A DNA stretch of 63,877 nt, the filler included, from an uncultured bacterium (GTDB lineage Bacteria; CAYJRR01): NCBI GenBank assembly GCA_964372275.1. It is 5 parts of 5 records of this genome, joined end to end, with 100 filler letters (N's around TTAATTAATTAA, not from the genome) between each part and the next. Parts side by side here need not be neighbours in the genome. Positions count along the whole stretch, not along the records: positions 43,074 to 57,228 come from CAYJRR010000118.1; positions 57,329 to 63,877 come from CAYJRR010000183.1; 3 more parts are not named here. One strand, given 5' to 3'. Position 1 is the stretch's first letter; every line of letters starts with the position of its first letter. A model generated the notes under the pieces. That model saw only the letters and a list, made by a program, of their open reading frames with translations, did not search any database and was not told where the DNA came from. Below are positions 55,074 through 63,877 of the stretch, piece after piece. The translations under genes and the position numbers were made by a program.

Positions 55074-57130
55074 GCGCGACGACGCTGCCCGACGAGGAGG
55101 CGCGGCGCACGGTGCGCGAGGCGCTCGACCGGAGCCTGCTGGTCGAGGCGGGGGCCGGCACCGGAAAGACGTCGCTGATCGTCGACCGCATCGCGAACCT
55201 GGTCGCCTCCGGCGTCCCGATCTCGCGCATCGTCGCCATCACCTTCACCGAGAAGGCGGCCGGCGAGCTCAAGCTGCGCGTCCGCGAGGCGCTGGAGCGC
55301 CGCTCCGACGATCCGCGCTGCCGCCTCGCGCTCGGCGAGCTCGAACGCGCGTCGGTCACCACCATCCACTCCTGGTGCGCGCGGATCCTCCGCGAGCATC
55401 CGATCGAGGCGGCGATCGACCCGCTCTTCAGCGTGCTCGACGAGAACGACGCGCGCGCCCTGTTCGACCGGACGTGGGAGGCGTGGATCGGACGCGCGCT
55501 GTCCGGCCAGACCGCGACGCCGCTGGAGGAGATCCCCGGAATGACCGCCGAGGGGTGGCTGAAGGGTCTGCGCCACCTCGCGGAAGCCCTCGTCGACCGG
55601 CGCGACGCGCTGCCCGGGGCACTCCCGGTACCGGGAGGTGCCGCCCTAGCCGGCGCGACGCTCGGTGAGACGCTCGTTGCGCTCGATCCACGGTCCGCGG
55701 GGATGCTCGCGCTCGGTCCGGGCGACCGGCTCGCCGCGCGGCTTCGCGAAGCCGCCACCTACGTCGACCGGTATCGCGCGCTTCCGGAGGACGAGCGCCG
55801 GAGGCGGCTCCTCTCCGACGATCCGTTCGACGGATCGTTCTCCCGCGTGGGGCGGAAGGAGGGGTGGCGCGATGCGGCGTCCCTCGCCGCCGCGCGCGAG
55901 ACGATGGAGCGGTTGCAGGAGGCGTGGCGCGCCGCCGCGTCGGCCGCGCGGCACGACCTCTGCGCGCGCCTCGCCGCCTGGGTCGCCTCCGGCTTCGTCC
56001 GCGCCTACGAGGAGGAGAAGCGACGCCGCGGCGCGCTCGACTTCGACGACCTGCTCCGCCACGTGGCGCGCCTGCTCCGCGACCGTCCCGACGTCGCCCG
56101 GTCGCTGCGCGCGTCGATCCGTCACCTCATCGTCGACGAGTTCCAGGACACCGACCGCTTGCAGTGCGAAACGGCGTTCGCCCTGGGCGGCGAAGGGGAA
56201 CGGTGCGCCCTGCTCCTGGTCGGCGACCCGAAGCAGTCGATCTACTCCTTCCGCGGAGCCGACATCGAAACCTACGCGCGCGCGCGCGAGCGGCTCGCGG
56301 CCCGTTCATCGGTGGAGCGGATCTCCACAAACTTCCGGTCCCGCGAGCCGGTGGTCGCCTGGGTGAACGCCGTCTTCGCGCGTCTGATCCAGGCCCCCTC
56401 GGACGGCGCGCGGTACCAGATCCCCTACGCGCCGATCGACGCCGCGGAGGAGCGCTCCTCGGAGGGGAGCGGCGTGCACGTGCTCCGGCCGCCGGAGGGG
56501 TCGGTCTTCGAGACGGTCGGCGCGTGCCGGGACGCGGAGGCGCGGAGCGTCGCCGCGTTGTTGCGCGACCGCGCCCTGGGCCGGTGGGCGGTGCGCGATC
56601 GCCGCGGCGGCGCCGACCGGCCGGCGGCGTACGGCGACATGGTGGTGCTGCTCCGCAACCGGAAGAGCTCGCTCCCCGCGTTCGAGCGCGCCTTCCGCGC
56701 CGCGGGGATCCCCTACGTGGTCGTCGGCGGGCGCGCGCTTTGGGAGCGTCAGGAGGTGCGGGCGCTGGCCGCCGTCTGCCACGCCGTCGACGATCCGCAC
56801 GACGAGCGAATGGTCGTCGCCGCGCTGAAGAGCCCCTTCTTCGGCGCGTCCGACCTCGACCTGCTGCTCTGGAAACACGCCCGCGGAAGCTTCGTCCCGC
56901 AACCTACGCCCGACCGGGGGACGGTCGGGCGCGCGCTGGCGAGCCTGCACGCGTGGCACCGGGCGCGGCTGTCGACCGCTCCCTACCGGCTGCTGCAACG
57001 TATTCTTACGGAGACCGGCGCGCTCGCCGCCTTCGGCCTCAAGCCCGACGGGCCGCAGCGCGTGGCCAACCTGCTGCGTCTGGTCGACGCCGCGCGGGAG
57101 CCCGACCGTGCCGAGATCGCCGCCCGCGCC
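55070..57130 (+). CDS. AddA-like UvrD/SF1 helicase, 3'-truncated
   Basis: EAGAGTGKT, ITFTEKAA.EL, TIHSW, VDEFQDTD, VGDPKQSIYSFRGAD, NFRS; ATGA-coupled to the addB-like gene. Confidence 0.88.
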
Positions 57131-57228
57131 GGCGGCGGCGGGGGGGGGCCCCCCCCCCCCCGGCCCCCCCCGGCCCCCCCCCCCCCCCGGGGGGGGGGCC
57201 CCCCCCCAAAAAACACAAAAAAAAAAAT
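57131..57228. other. Low-complexity homopolymer tail, probably an assembly or read-end artefact
   Basis: G, C and A homopolymer runs immediately before the linker; the AddA-like protein sequence degrades here. Confidence 0.85.
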
Positions 57229-57328
57229 NNNNNNNNNNNNNNNNNNNNNNNNNNNNNNNNNNNNNNNNNNNNTTAATTAATTAANNNNNNNNNNNNNNNN
57301 NNNNNNNNNNNNNNNNNNNNNNNNNNNN
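57229..57328. other. Artificial contig linker
   Basis: N-run, TTAATTAATTAA, N-run. Confidence 0.99.
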
Positions 57329-58168
57329 GGCACGGACCTGACAGTTCAGCTCGGCGAATATGGGATCAACGTGCAGTACGGCGGCGACGAGCTGTTCGGC
57401 GTCTCGAACCTCGGCCAGGTGGTGCCCCCCGCGGGCGCCGTCTTCCCCGGGGAGACCGGCGGGCTCTCCCCCAACTTCAGCCTCTCCAGCGCGGTCGGGG
57501 TGATGGTCGGCGTCCCTCGCTACAACGTCGCCGGATTCGTCCGCGCGCTGCAGGGGAAGGGGCTGGTGAAGATCCTCGCCGAGCCGTCGCTGATCGCGAC
57601 CTCCGGGGAGAAGGCGTCGTTCCTGGCCGGCGGAGAGTTCCCGATCCCCATCCAGCAGGGGAACAACGCGATCTCGGTCAGCTTCCGCGAGTTCGGCGTG
57701 CGCCTGGTCTTCACGCCGACGGTGCTGGGGAAGGATCGCTTAAGCCTGCGGGTGGCGCCGGAGGTGTCGTCGCTCGACTTCGGGTCGGCGGTGCAGGTCG
57801 GCGCCTTCAGCGTGCCGGGCCTCAAGTCGCGGAAGGTCGACACCGTGGTCGAGCTGGCCAGCGGCCAGTCGTTCGCCATCGCGGGCCTCATCAACGAGGA
57901 GATGACCTCCCAGATCGACAAGTTCCCGCTGCTCGGAGACCTGCCGATCGTCGGGGCGCTGTTCCGCTCGACGCGCTTCCGGAACCGGCAGACGGAGCTT
58001 CTCATCCTCGCCACGCCCCGGATGGTGCGCCCGATCGCCTCCGGCCGGCGACCGCAACTCCCGGGAGACGGAATGCGCGCGCCGTCGAACTTCGAGCTCT
58101 ATCTCCTGGGAAAGACCCACGGCGGAGTCCATCGGAAGATGGAAGGGCCCTGGGGCTTCGAGCGGTAA
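57329..58168 (+). CDS. cpaC: Tad pilus secretin CpaC/RcpA, 5'-truncated
   Basis: LAEPSLIATSGEKASFLAGGEFPIP, EFGVRL.FTP.V, PEVSSLD, GQSFAIAGL, P.LGDLPIVGALFRS. Confidence 0.92.
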   Translation, partial: GTDLTVQLGEYGINVQYGGDELFGVSNLGQVVPPAGAVFPGETGGLSPNFSLSSAVGVMVGVPRYNVAGFVRALQGKGLVKILAEPSLIATSGEKASFLAGGEFPIPIQQGNNAISVSFREFGVRLVFTPTVLGKDRLSLRVAPEVSSLDFGSAVQVGAFSVPGLKSRKVDTVVELASGQSFAIAGLINEEMTSQIDKFPLLGDLPIVGALFRSTRFRNRQTELLILATPRMVRPIASGRRPQLPGDGMRAPSNFELYLLGKTHGGVHRKMEGPWGFER

Positions 58169-58206
58169 GGGTCCCCACCGCGGGGGGTGATGGCGCCATC
58201 CGCGGA

Positions 58207-59412
58207 ATGAAAATGGAAAATGGAAAATGGAAAACCGGCCAATTGAAAATCGGCCAATTGACCGCGGGTAGGCCGGCCCGCCGGTTTTCCATATTTCATT
58301 TCTCATTTTCCATTTTCCGGTTTTCCATTTTCCATTTTCCATTTTCCGTTGCTGTTCATTCGCTCGCGCGACAGCAGTCCGGCATGGTCGCGGTGCTGGT
58401 GCTCGGGTTGCTCATGGCCTTGGTCGGCATGCTCGCCCTGGTGGCCGAGTCCGGCTACATCTACACCGCCAAGAGCCTGACCCAGACGGCGGTCGACGCG
58501 GCGGCGATCGCGGCGGTTCGCCAGCTGCAGAAGTGCGAGGCGGGGACGACCGAGTTCAACGCCGCGAAGTCGGCGGCGCAGACGATGCTGACCCAGAACC
58601 CGGTGATGGGCCAGGCGCTCACCATCGACACCACCGCGGACGTTCGGATCGGGCGGCGCTATCCGTTCCGGACCGACGCGGAGTCGGACTTCGTCGTGAC
58701 CAGCACCCAGCCGAACAGCGTGGAGATCACGCTCCACCACGACGAGGTCCGGAACGGCCCGCTCACCTTGAGCCTGGCGAGCCTGTTCGGTCTGTCGTCG
58801 GTCTCGTTCCAGGCAAAAGCGACCGCCAGCCGCAACCGGCGCATCATCGGATTCCGCACCCCGGGAACGGAGCGCCACCGGCTCATCCCGGTGGCGGTGA
58901 GCGACCGCCTCTGGACGCCGGTCGCCGGCAACAGCTTCCAGATGCGGTGGAAACCCTCGCAGCCGTCGACCGATCCGGGCGGCGAGGCGTGGGGGGTGCT
59001 GACGCTGGTGTCGAACGGCTTCACCACCTCGTCGTTCAACAGCAACGCCACGCTCCTCGACCAGGTGACGAACGGTTTCGACGGCGACGTGATCCTCGAC
59101 GTCACCAACGGGTCCAACACCAACGGCACGGTGAAGCACCTCGACGACCCGGCCTGGCTCGCCGCCTTCCAGTCGAGGATCGGGAAGGTCTCGATCATCC
59201 TGTGGTACGACACCCGTCCGCAGGCCGGGAACGACGGGGTGTACCACGTGAAGCGATTCGTCCCGATCCAGATCACGTCGGTCGTCACCACCGGGGTGAT
59301 CATCAATCGCGGGATCTTCGCCACCGTGCTCCGGACCGAGGACGACCGGGCGATCACCGACCCGAACGCCCCGGAGGAGTGTTTGATCTCCAAGATCGAG
59401 CTGACGACGTAG
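58207..59412 (+). CDS. TadG-like pilus assembly protein (start uncertain; heptamer-derived leader)
   Basis: RQQSG followed by a hydrophobic helix and Q.AVDAAA.AA Tad-domain motif; lies between cpaC and cpaE. Confidence 0.78.
   Translation: MKMENGKWKTGQLKIGQLTAGRPARRFSIFHFSFSIFRFSIFHFPFSVAVHSLARQQSGMVAVLVLGLLMALVGMLALVAESGYIYTAKSLTQTAVDAAAIAAVRQLQKCEAGTTEFNAAKSAAQTMLTQNPVMGQALTIDTTADVRIGRRYPFRTDAESDFVVTSTQPNSVEITLHHDEVRNGPLTLSLASLFGLSSVSFQAKATASRNRRIIGFRTPGTERHRLIPVAVSDRLWTPVAGNSFQMRWKPSQPSTDPGGEAWGVLTLVSNGFTTSSFNSNATLLDQVTNGFDGDVILDVTNGSNTNGTVKHLDDPAWLAAFQSRIGKVSIILWYDTRPQAGNDGVYHVKRFVPIQITSVVTTGVIINRGIFATVLRTEDDRAITDPNAPEECLISKIELTT
58209..58346. repeat. AT-rich heptamer (GAAAATG/CATTTTC) array with perfect 30-bp terminal inverted repeats
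   Basis: GAAAATGGAAAATGGAAAATGGAAAACCGG (58209-58238) is the reverse complement of 58317-58346; further degenerate heptamers and two copies of CGGCCAATTGA inside. Confidence 0.92.
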
Positions 59413-59413
59413 A

Positions 59414-60628
59414 ATGGCGGCGATGGATCGACCGACCATCCTGGCGGCGGCCGACGACCCGGCGGCGGCGGCGGCGCTCGACCGGGCGCTGCAGGAGGAG
59501 GGGGGGATCGCCGCCGACGTGCGGCCGGTCGCGCTCGGGCTCGCGGTGTCGGCGCTGCGCGCCGGCGAAGGGCAGATCGCGGTCCTGTTCCTCGACCGCC
59601 TGGACGAGGTCGGAGAGGGCCTGGTTCGCGACGCCGTCGCGGCGCGCCCCGACGTTCCGGTGCTGGTGGCGCTCGCCAAAGTGGAGAAGAGCACGCTGGT
59701 CTCGCTGGTGAAGCTGGGGGCGGCGGACGTGCTCGACTTTCCGCTCGTCCCGCACGAAGTCCGTGCCACCTTCGCCACGTTGATTGCCCGGCAGGCGCCG
59801 GACCGTCCGTCGCACGGAAGCCGCATCTGGTCGGTCTTCGGCGCCGGCGGCGGCTGCGGGGTGACGACGGTCGCGGTCAACCTCGCCGAGCGCCTGGCGC
59901 ACCGGGGCGGTCGGGTGGGGATCCTCGACCTGAACCTGGAGCTGGGGGACGTCGCCGTCTTCCTCAACATGAAGCCGCGCTACACGCTGACCGACCTGGT
60001 ACAGAACGTCGGGAAGCTCGACGGCGCGTACCTGAGCAGCGCCATCTCCACCCACGGATCGGGCCTGCGCGTGGTGCCCGGGCCGCGGGAGATCGAGGAG
60101 TCGGAGGACGTGCGGCCCGAACGCCTGCGCGCCATCCTGCGTCCCCTGCGCGCCGCCTTCGACCACCTGGTGATCGACACGCCGAGCGTCTTCAACGAAA
60201 CGGCGATCGAGGCGCTCGACCACTCCGACGGCGTCCTGCTGGTGGCGATGCTCTCGATCCCCAGCGTGCGGAACGCCAAGCGCATCCGTGCCGCGTTCGA
60301 TCGGCTGAAGTATCCGGCCTCGAAGATCCGCCTGGTGGTGAACCGGTTCGAGAAGAAGGCCGACATCTCGGTCGACGAGGCGGCGGCGCTGGTCGGGCTG
60401 CCCGTCTTCCACACCATCCCCAACGACTACCCGTCGGTGATCCGCGCCATCAACGTCGGCGAGCCGGTGGCCGCGGTCAGCCCGCGGGCGCTGGTGACGC
60501 GCGCCATCGAGGCGCTGGCGGAGAAGCTCCGCAACGACGGCAAGGGGGCGGAGCCGGCCGCCGCGCCGCCGGCGGCGAAGACGGGCGGCTTCTTCTCCGG
60601 CCGCGGCAAGTCCTCCAAGGAGGGATAG
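59414..60628 (+). CDS. cpaE: Tad pilus localisation protein CpaE/TadZ (atypical REC + MinD/ParA-like domain)
   Basis: [44 protein letters not shown]...AINVGEP. Confidence 0.88.
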   Translation: MAAMDRPTILAAADDPAAAAALDRALQEEGGIAADVRPVALGLAVSALRAGEGQIAVLFLDRLDEVGEGLVRDAVAARPDVPVLVALAKVEKSTLVSLVKLGAADVLDFPLVPHEVRATFATLIARQAPDRPSHGSRIWSVFGAGGGCGVTTVAVNLAERLAHRGGRVGILDLNLELGDVAVFLNMKPRYTLTDLVQNVGKLDGAYLSSAISTHGSGLRVVPGPREIEESEDVRPERLRAILRPLRAAFDHLVIDTPSVFNETAIEALDHSDGVLLVAMLSIPSVRNAKRIRAAFDRLKYPASKIRLVVNRFEKKADISVDEAAALVGLPVFHTIPNDYPSVIRAINVGEPVAAVSPRALVTRAIEALAEKLRNDGKGAEPAAAPPAAKTGGFFSGRGKSSKEG

Positions 60629-60663
60629 CGCCGTGCGACGTCGACCGACCGCACGATTCGGGG

Positions 60664-62010
60664 GTGCCGATGCTGCGTGACCGCTTCCGCCGCGGAACGA
60701 CGGAGACGGCCGACGGGGGGACACCGGAGGAGGTCGACCCGCCGGCCCAGCGCACCTACCAGGAGCTGAAGAGCCGCATCCACTCGCGGCTCATCGACCG
60801 TCTCGACCTCCCCAAGGTGGAGCGACTGCACCCGGACGAGCTGTACGCGGCGATCTCTCCGGTGATCCGCGATCTGCTGGTCGAGGAGGGGAGCGCTCTT
60901 TCCCGCCTGGAGACGGAGCGGCTGACGCGCGAGGTGCTCGACGAGACGCTGGGACTCGGGCCGCTCGAGCCCCTCCTCGCCGATCCGACGATCTCCGACA
61001 TCCTGGTGAACGGTCCGGACCGGGTGTGGGTCGAGCGCGGCGGCGTCATCGAACCGACCCGCGTCAGCTTCAAGGACGAGGCGCACCTGCTCAAGATCAT
61101 CGACCGGGTGGTGACGCGCGTGGGGCGCCGGATCGACGAGTCGTCGCCGATGATCGACGCCCGGCTCAAGGACGGCAGCCGCGTCAACGCCATCATCCCG
61201 CCGCTCGCCATCGACGGGCCGATGATGTCGATCCGCAAGTTCCGGAGCGATTCACTCTCGATCGATGACCTGATCCGGATCGGCACGATCAGCGAGGGCA
61301 TGGCCGTTTTTCTCGAGGGGTGCGTGCGCGCCAAGCTCAACGTGCTGATCTCCGGCGGCACCGGCTCGGGGAAGACGACGCTCCTCAATGCGATGAGCCG
61401 GTGGATCCCGCGCGCGGAGCGGATCGTCACCATCGAGGACGCGGCGGAGCTCAAGCTGCAGCAGGACCACGTCGTCCGCCTGGAGACGCGGCTGCCGAAC
61501 GTCGAGGGTCGCGGCCGGATCACCCAGCGCGACCTGCTGGTGAACTGCCTCCGGATGCGACCCGACCGGATCATCATCGGCGAGTGCCGCGGCGAGGAGG
61601 CGCTCGACATGCTGCAGGCGATGAACACCGGCCACGAGGGATCGATGACCACCATCCACGCCAATTCGGCGCGCGACGCCCTGCGCCGGTTGGAGACGAT
61701 GGTCCAGCTCGCCGGTTTGAGCCTCACGACGCGGGCGATGCGGGAGCAGATCGCCGCCGCCATCCAGGTGGTGATCCAGCCGCAGCGCCTCCCCGACGGC
61801 GCGCGCAAGGTGATCGAGGTCTCCGAAGTGGTGGGGATCGAAGGGGAGACGATCTCGCTGCAGCCGATCTTCGAGTTCAAGGAACAGGGGGTCGGCGCCG
61901 ACGGCAAGTTCCAGGGTCGGCTGCGCGCCACCGGCTTCCGCCCGCGCTTCGCCGACCGGATCGAACGCTACGGCACGCCGCTGCCGCCGGCGCTGTTCAA
62001 GGAAGGGTGA
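60664..62010 (+). CDS. cpaF: Tad pilus assembly ATPase CpaF/TadA
   Basis: [66 protein letters not shown]. Confidence 0.96.
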   Translation: MPMLRDRFRRGTTETADGGTPEEVDPPAQRTYQELKSRIHSRLIDRLDLPKVERLHPDELYAAISPVIRDLLVEEGSALSRLETERLTREVLDETLGLGPLEPLLADPTISDILVNGPDRVWVERGGVIEPTRVSFKDEAHLLKIIDRVVTRVGRRIDESSPMIDARLKDGSRVNAIIPPLAIDGPMMSIRKFRSDSLSIDDLIRIGTISEGMAVFLEGCVRAKLNVLISGGTGSGKTTLLNAMSRWIPRAERIVTIEDAAELKLQQDHVVRLETRLPNVEGRGRITQRDLLVNCLRMRPDRIIIGECRGEEALDMLQAMNTGHEGSMTTIHANSARDALRRLETMVQLAGLSLTTRAMREQIAAAIQVVIQPQRLPDGARKVIEVSEVVGIEGETISLQPIFEFKEQGVGADGKFQGRLRATGFRPRFADRIERYGTPLPPALFKEG

Positions 62011-62017
62011 CCGCCCG

Positions 62018-62983
62018 CTGGATCTGCTGATCTACATCGCCGCCGGGATCGCGGCCGCCCTGGTGGTCCAGGGGAGCTGGTTGCTCCTCGTCGGCGACGC
62101 GGCGCGCGCGCGGCGCGTGCGGTCCCGCCTCGACGCGTTGCGGGACGTGCCCGCCGGGACGGTCGACCCTTCCACCGTCGTCAAACCGACCCCGCGCATG
62201 ACGCGGGCGCAGGCCGAGGGGATGCTCTCGACGCTGTTCGGTCTGTCACGGCTGGAGCGGCTGCTGTCGAAGTCGGGGATGGCGCAGCGTCCGTCGACGA
62301 TCGTCGGATGGTGCGCCGCCGCGGCGATGACCGGCTTCGCGCTGGGGACGGCGCTCAGGCTCCCCGCGTTCCTGGCGCTGCTGTTCGGGGTGGTGGCGGC
62401 CGCCGGGCCGGTCGGCTACGTCGGATCGCGGGTGCTGGCCCGGCAGAAGCGATTCACCGGCCAGATGCCCGAGGCGGTCGATCTCCTGGTGCGCAGCCTC
62501 AAGGCGGGGCATTCGCTGGCCAGCGGATTCAAGGCGGTCGGGGAGGAGTTGGGGGAGCCGATCGGACCCGAGTTCGCCGCGGCGCACGAGGCGATGAGCC
62601 TCGGTCGGGAGCTGGAAAAGGTGATGGAGGACCTACGGCTGCGCGTCGACACGCCGGAGGTGCGCCTGCTGTGCACGTCGGTGCTGGTGCAGCGCGAGAC
62701 CGGCGGCAACCTGGTGGAGATCCTGGAGAAGATCGCCGAGATGATCCGGCGCCGGCTGACCTTCTCCGACAAGCTGGCCGCGCTGACCGCCGAAGGGAGG
62801 CTTTCGGGCCTGATCCTGGTCGGACTGCCGCCGCTGATGGTGATCGTTCTGTTCGTGGTGAACCGTCCGTACGCGCGCGAACTCCTCGCCCCCGGCCGCC
62901 TTCGGGGGCTGTTGGTGGGGGCGGTGATCCTGCAGGCGATCGGGGCGGTGTGGATCCGCCGCATCGTTTCGGTGAGGTACTGA
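62018..62983 (+). CDS. tadB: Tad pilus platform protein TadB (T2SSF domain)
   Basis: QMPEAVDLLVRSLKAGHSL, QRETGGNLVEIL, LTAEGRLS. Start uncertain: the N-terminal TM begins at CTG 62018, the first GTG is at 62063. Confidence 0.9.
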   Translation: MDLLIYIAAGIAAALVVQGSWLLLVGDAARARRVRSRLDALRDVPAGTVDPSTVVKPTPRMTRAQAEGMLSTLFGLSRLERLLSKSGMAQRPSTIVGWCAAAAMTGFALGTALRLPAFLALLFGVVAAAGPVGYVGSRVLARQKRFTGQMPEAVDLLVRSLKAGHSLASGFKAVGEELGEPIGPEFAAAHEAMSLGRELEKVMEDLRLRVDTPEVRLLCTSVLVQRETGGNLVEILEKIAEMIRRRLTFSDKLAALTAEGRLSGLILVGLPPLMVIVLFVVNRPYARELLAPGRLRGLLVGAVILQAIGAVWIRRIVSVRY

Positions 62984-62990
62984 CCCGCTC

Positions 62991-63877
62991 GTGACGACCT
63001 TGATCCCGATCCTCGCCTTCTTCGCCGCCGCGGGGCTGGTGGTGGCGATCGCCCGAACGGTCCGCTCGCACAGCCAGGCGGTGAAGCGGCGGTTGGAGGA
63101 TCTTCGCTCCGAAGGATCTCCGCCTCCCGCCGAGAGGTCGTCCCTTTCGGCGCGGATCGCATCGGCCGCGCGCGCGGCGGTCCGAGGACTCCGTCGTGGG
63201 GAGGCGCCCGGGGTGCTGCGCGAACGGGAGGACACGGCGGCGCAACCGGCCGCATCGCCGGCGCTGAAGCTCGGGCTGATGGTCGGGCTGCCGGGGGCGT
63301 ACCTGGCGCTGCTCGCCGCCTTCGGCGCCCTCTCCGGGATCCTGCCGGCAGGAAGCCTGCTGCTCGCGCCGGCGGGGTTGTTCCTTCCGGAGATCCTCGC
63401 GGCCGAGCGCGCCGGCCGGCGGCGCCAGGAGATCCTGCGCACGCTGCCGGACGTCCTCGACCTGCTGGTCGTCTGTCTGGAGGCGGGCTTGAGCCTCAAC
63501 GCCGCCTTCAAGCGGGTGGCCGACCGGGTCGCCGACGAGGCGCCCGGATTATGGGGGTTGGGGTTGCCGGTCAATCCCGTGTGCCCGGCGGGCCGCCCCC
63601 GCGCGGCCGCGGGGGGGGCGCTGGGGGCGGGGTCGGGCATCGACGAGATGCGCTCGCTGGCCTCGATGATGGTGCAGACCGACCGCCTGGGGACGAGCAT
63701 CGCCAAGGCTCTCCGCGTGCACGCCGACTCGATCCGCACCAAGCTGCAGCACCAGGCCGAGACGCGCGCGGCGCGGGCCTCGGTGCAGCTCGTCTTCCCG
63801 CTCGTCTTGTGTATCTTCCCCGCGCTGCTGGTGGTGGTGGTGGGACCGGCGGCGCTGAAGATCCTCGCCGCCTTGAG
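62991..63877 (+). CDS. tadC: Tad pilus platform protein TadC, runs off the window end
   Basis: LPDVLDLLVVCLEAGLSL..A, QTDRLGTSIAKALRV, LVFPLVLCIFPAL.VVVVGPA; absent from the ORF track because it has no stop in the window. Confidence 0.9.
   Translation, partial: MTTLIPILAFFAAAGLVVAIARTVRSHSQAVKRRLEDLRSEGSPPPAERSSLSARIASAARAAVRGLRRGEAPGVLREREDTAAQPAASPALKLGLMVGLPGAYLALLAAFGALSGILPAGSLLLAPAGLFLPEILAAERAGRRRQEILRTLPDVLDLLVVCLEAGLSLNAAFKRVADRVADEAPGLWGLGLPVNPVCPAGRPRAAAGGALGAGSGIDEMRSLASMMVQTDRLGTSIAKALRVHADSIRTKLQHQAETRAARASVQLVFPLVLCIFPALLVVVVGPAALKILAAL

Noticed and set aside
51855..57130. Cas4-like Fe-S nuclease plus helicase as a possible CRISPR or defence system
   Set aside because: Architecture and ATGA coupling match housekeeping AddAB-type recombination genes; no array or cas genes are seen.
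57131..57228. G/C/A homopolymer runs suggesting a G-quadruplex, phase-variation tract or poly-A tail
   Set aside because: At the contig end and disrupting the AddA-like frame; typical low-quality read tail.
59830..59880. Walker A lacking Lys in CpaE
   Set aside because: Degenerate ATPase motifs are usual for CpaE/TadZ.
63545..63640. Odd TadC segment GLWGLGLPVNPVCPAG...GGALGAGSG
   Set aside because: The frame is preserved but G-rich substitutions replace expected conserved residues; most likely low-coverage base-call errors rather than real diversification.

Overview
High-GC bacterial DNA whose gene content (PEGA/FG-GAP lipoproteins, Tad pilus, complex phosphorelays) suggests Myxococcota or a related deltaproteobacterial lineage; this is inference. 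The window is not contiguous. It is five contigs joined by artificial 100-nt N-TTAATTAATTAA-N linkers (1-14328, 14429-28703, 28804-42973, 43074-57228, 57329-63877), so gene neighbourhoods across linkers mean nothing. Contig 1: tmRNA at the contig edge, smpB about 8 kb away with accessory genes between them (two cNMP-binding membrane proteins converging on two DUF6065/dUTPase-like paralogs), then asd, a Rieske ferredoxin and an orphan kinase. Contig 2: two FG-GAP lipoproteins with a PEGA/beta-barrel gene, an M16 peptidase pair and tmk-holB-metG. Contig 3: start of the dcw cluster (mraZ-rsmH-ftsL-ftsI-murE), PAP2, pilD, a PAS kinase/REC-Hpt-REC-REC-GGDEF phosphorelay, USP and a site-2 protease. 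Contig 4: WecA fused to a degenerate PglF/CapD domain, a heme-c copper monooxygenase + cytochrome c + diheme beta-barrel trio, UDP-glucuronate decarboxylase and AddAB-like genes. Contig 5: Tad pilus operon with an AT-rich heptamer inverted-repeat element at the 5' end of the tadG-like gene. Best candidates for an undescribed system are the cytochrome/porin/copper monooxygenase trio and the cNMP-TM pair + DUF6065 pair. All family calls come from reading motifs; no database search was run.
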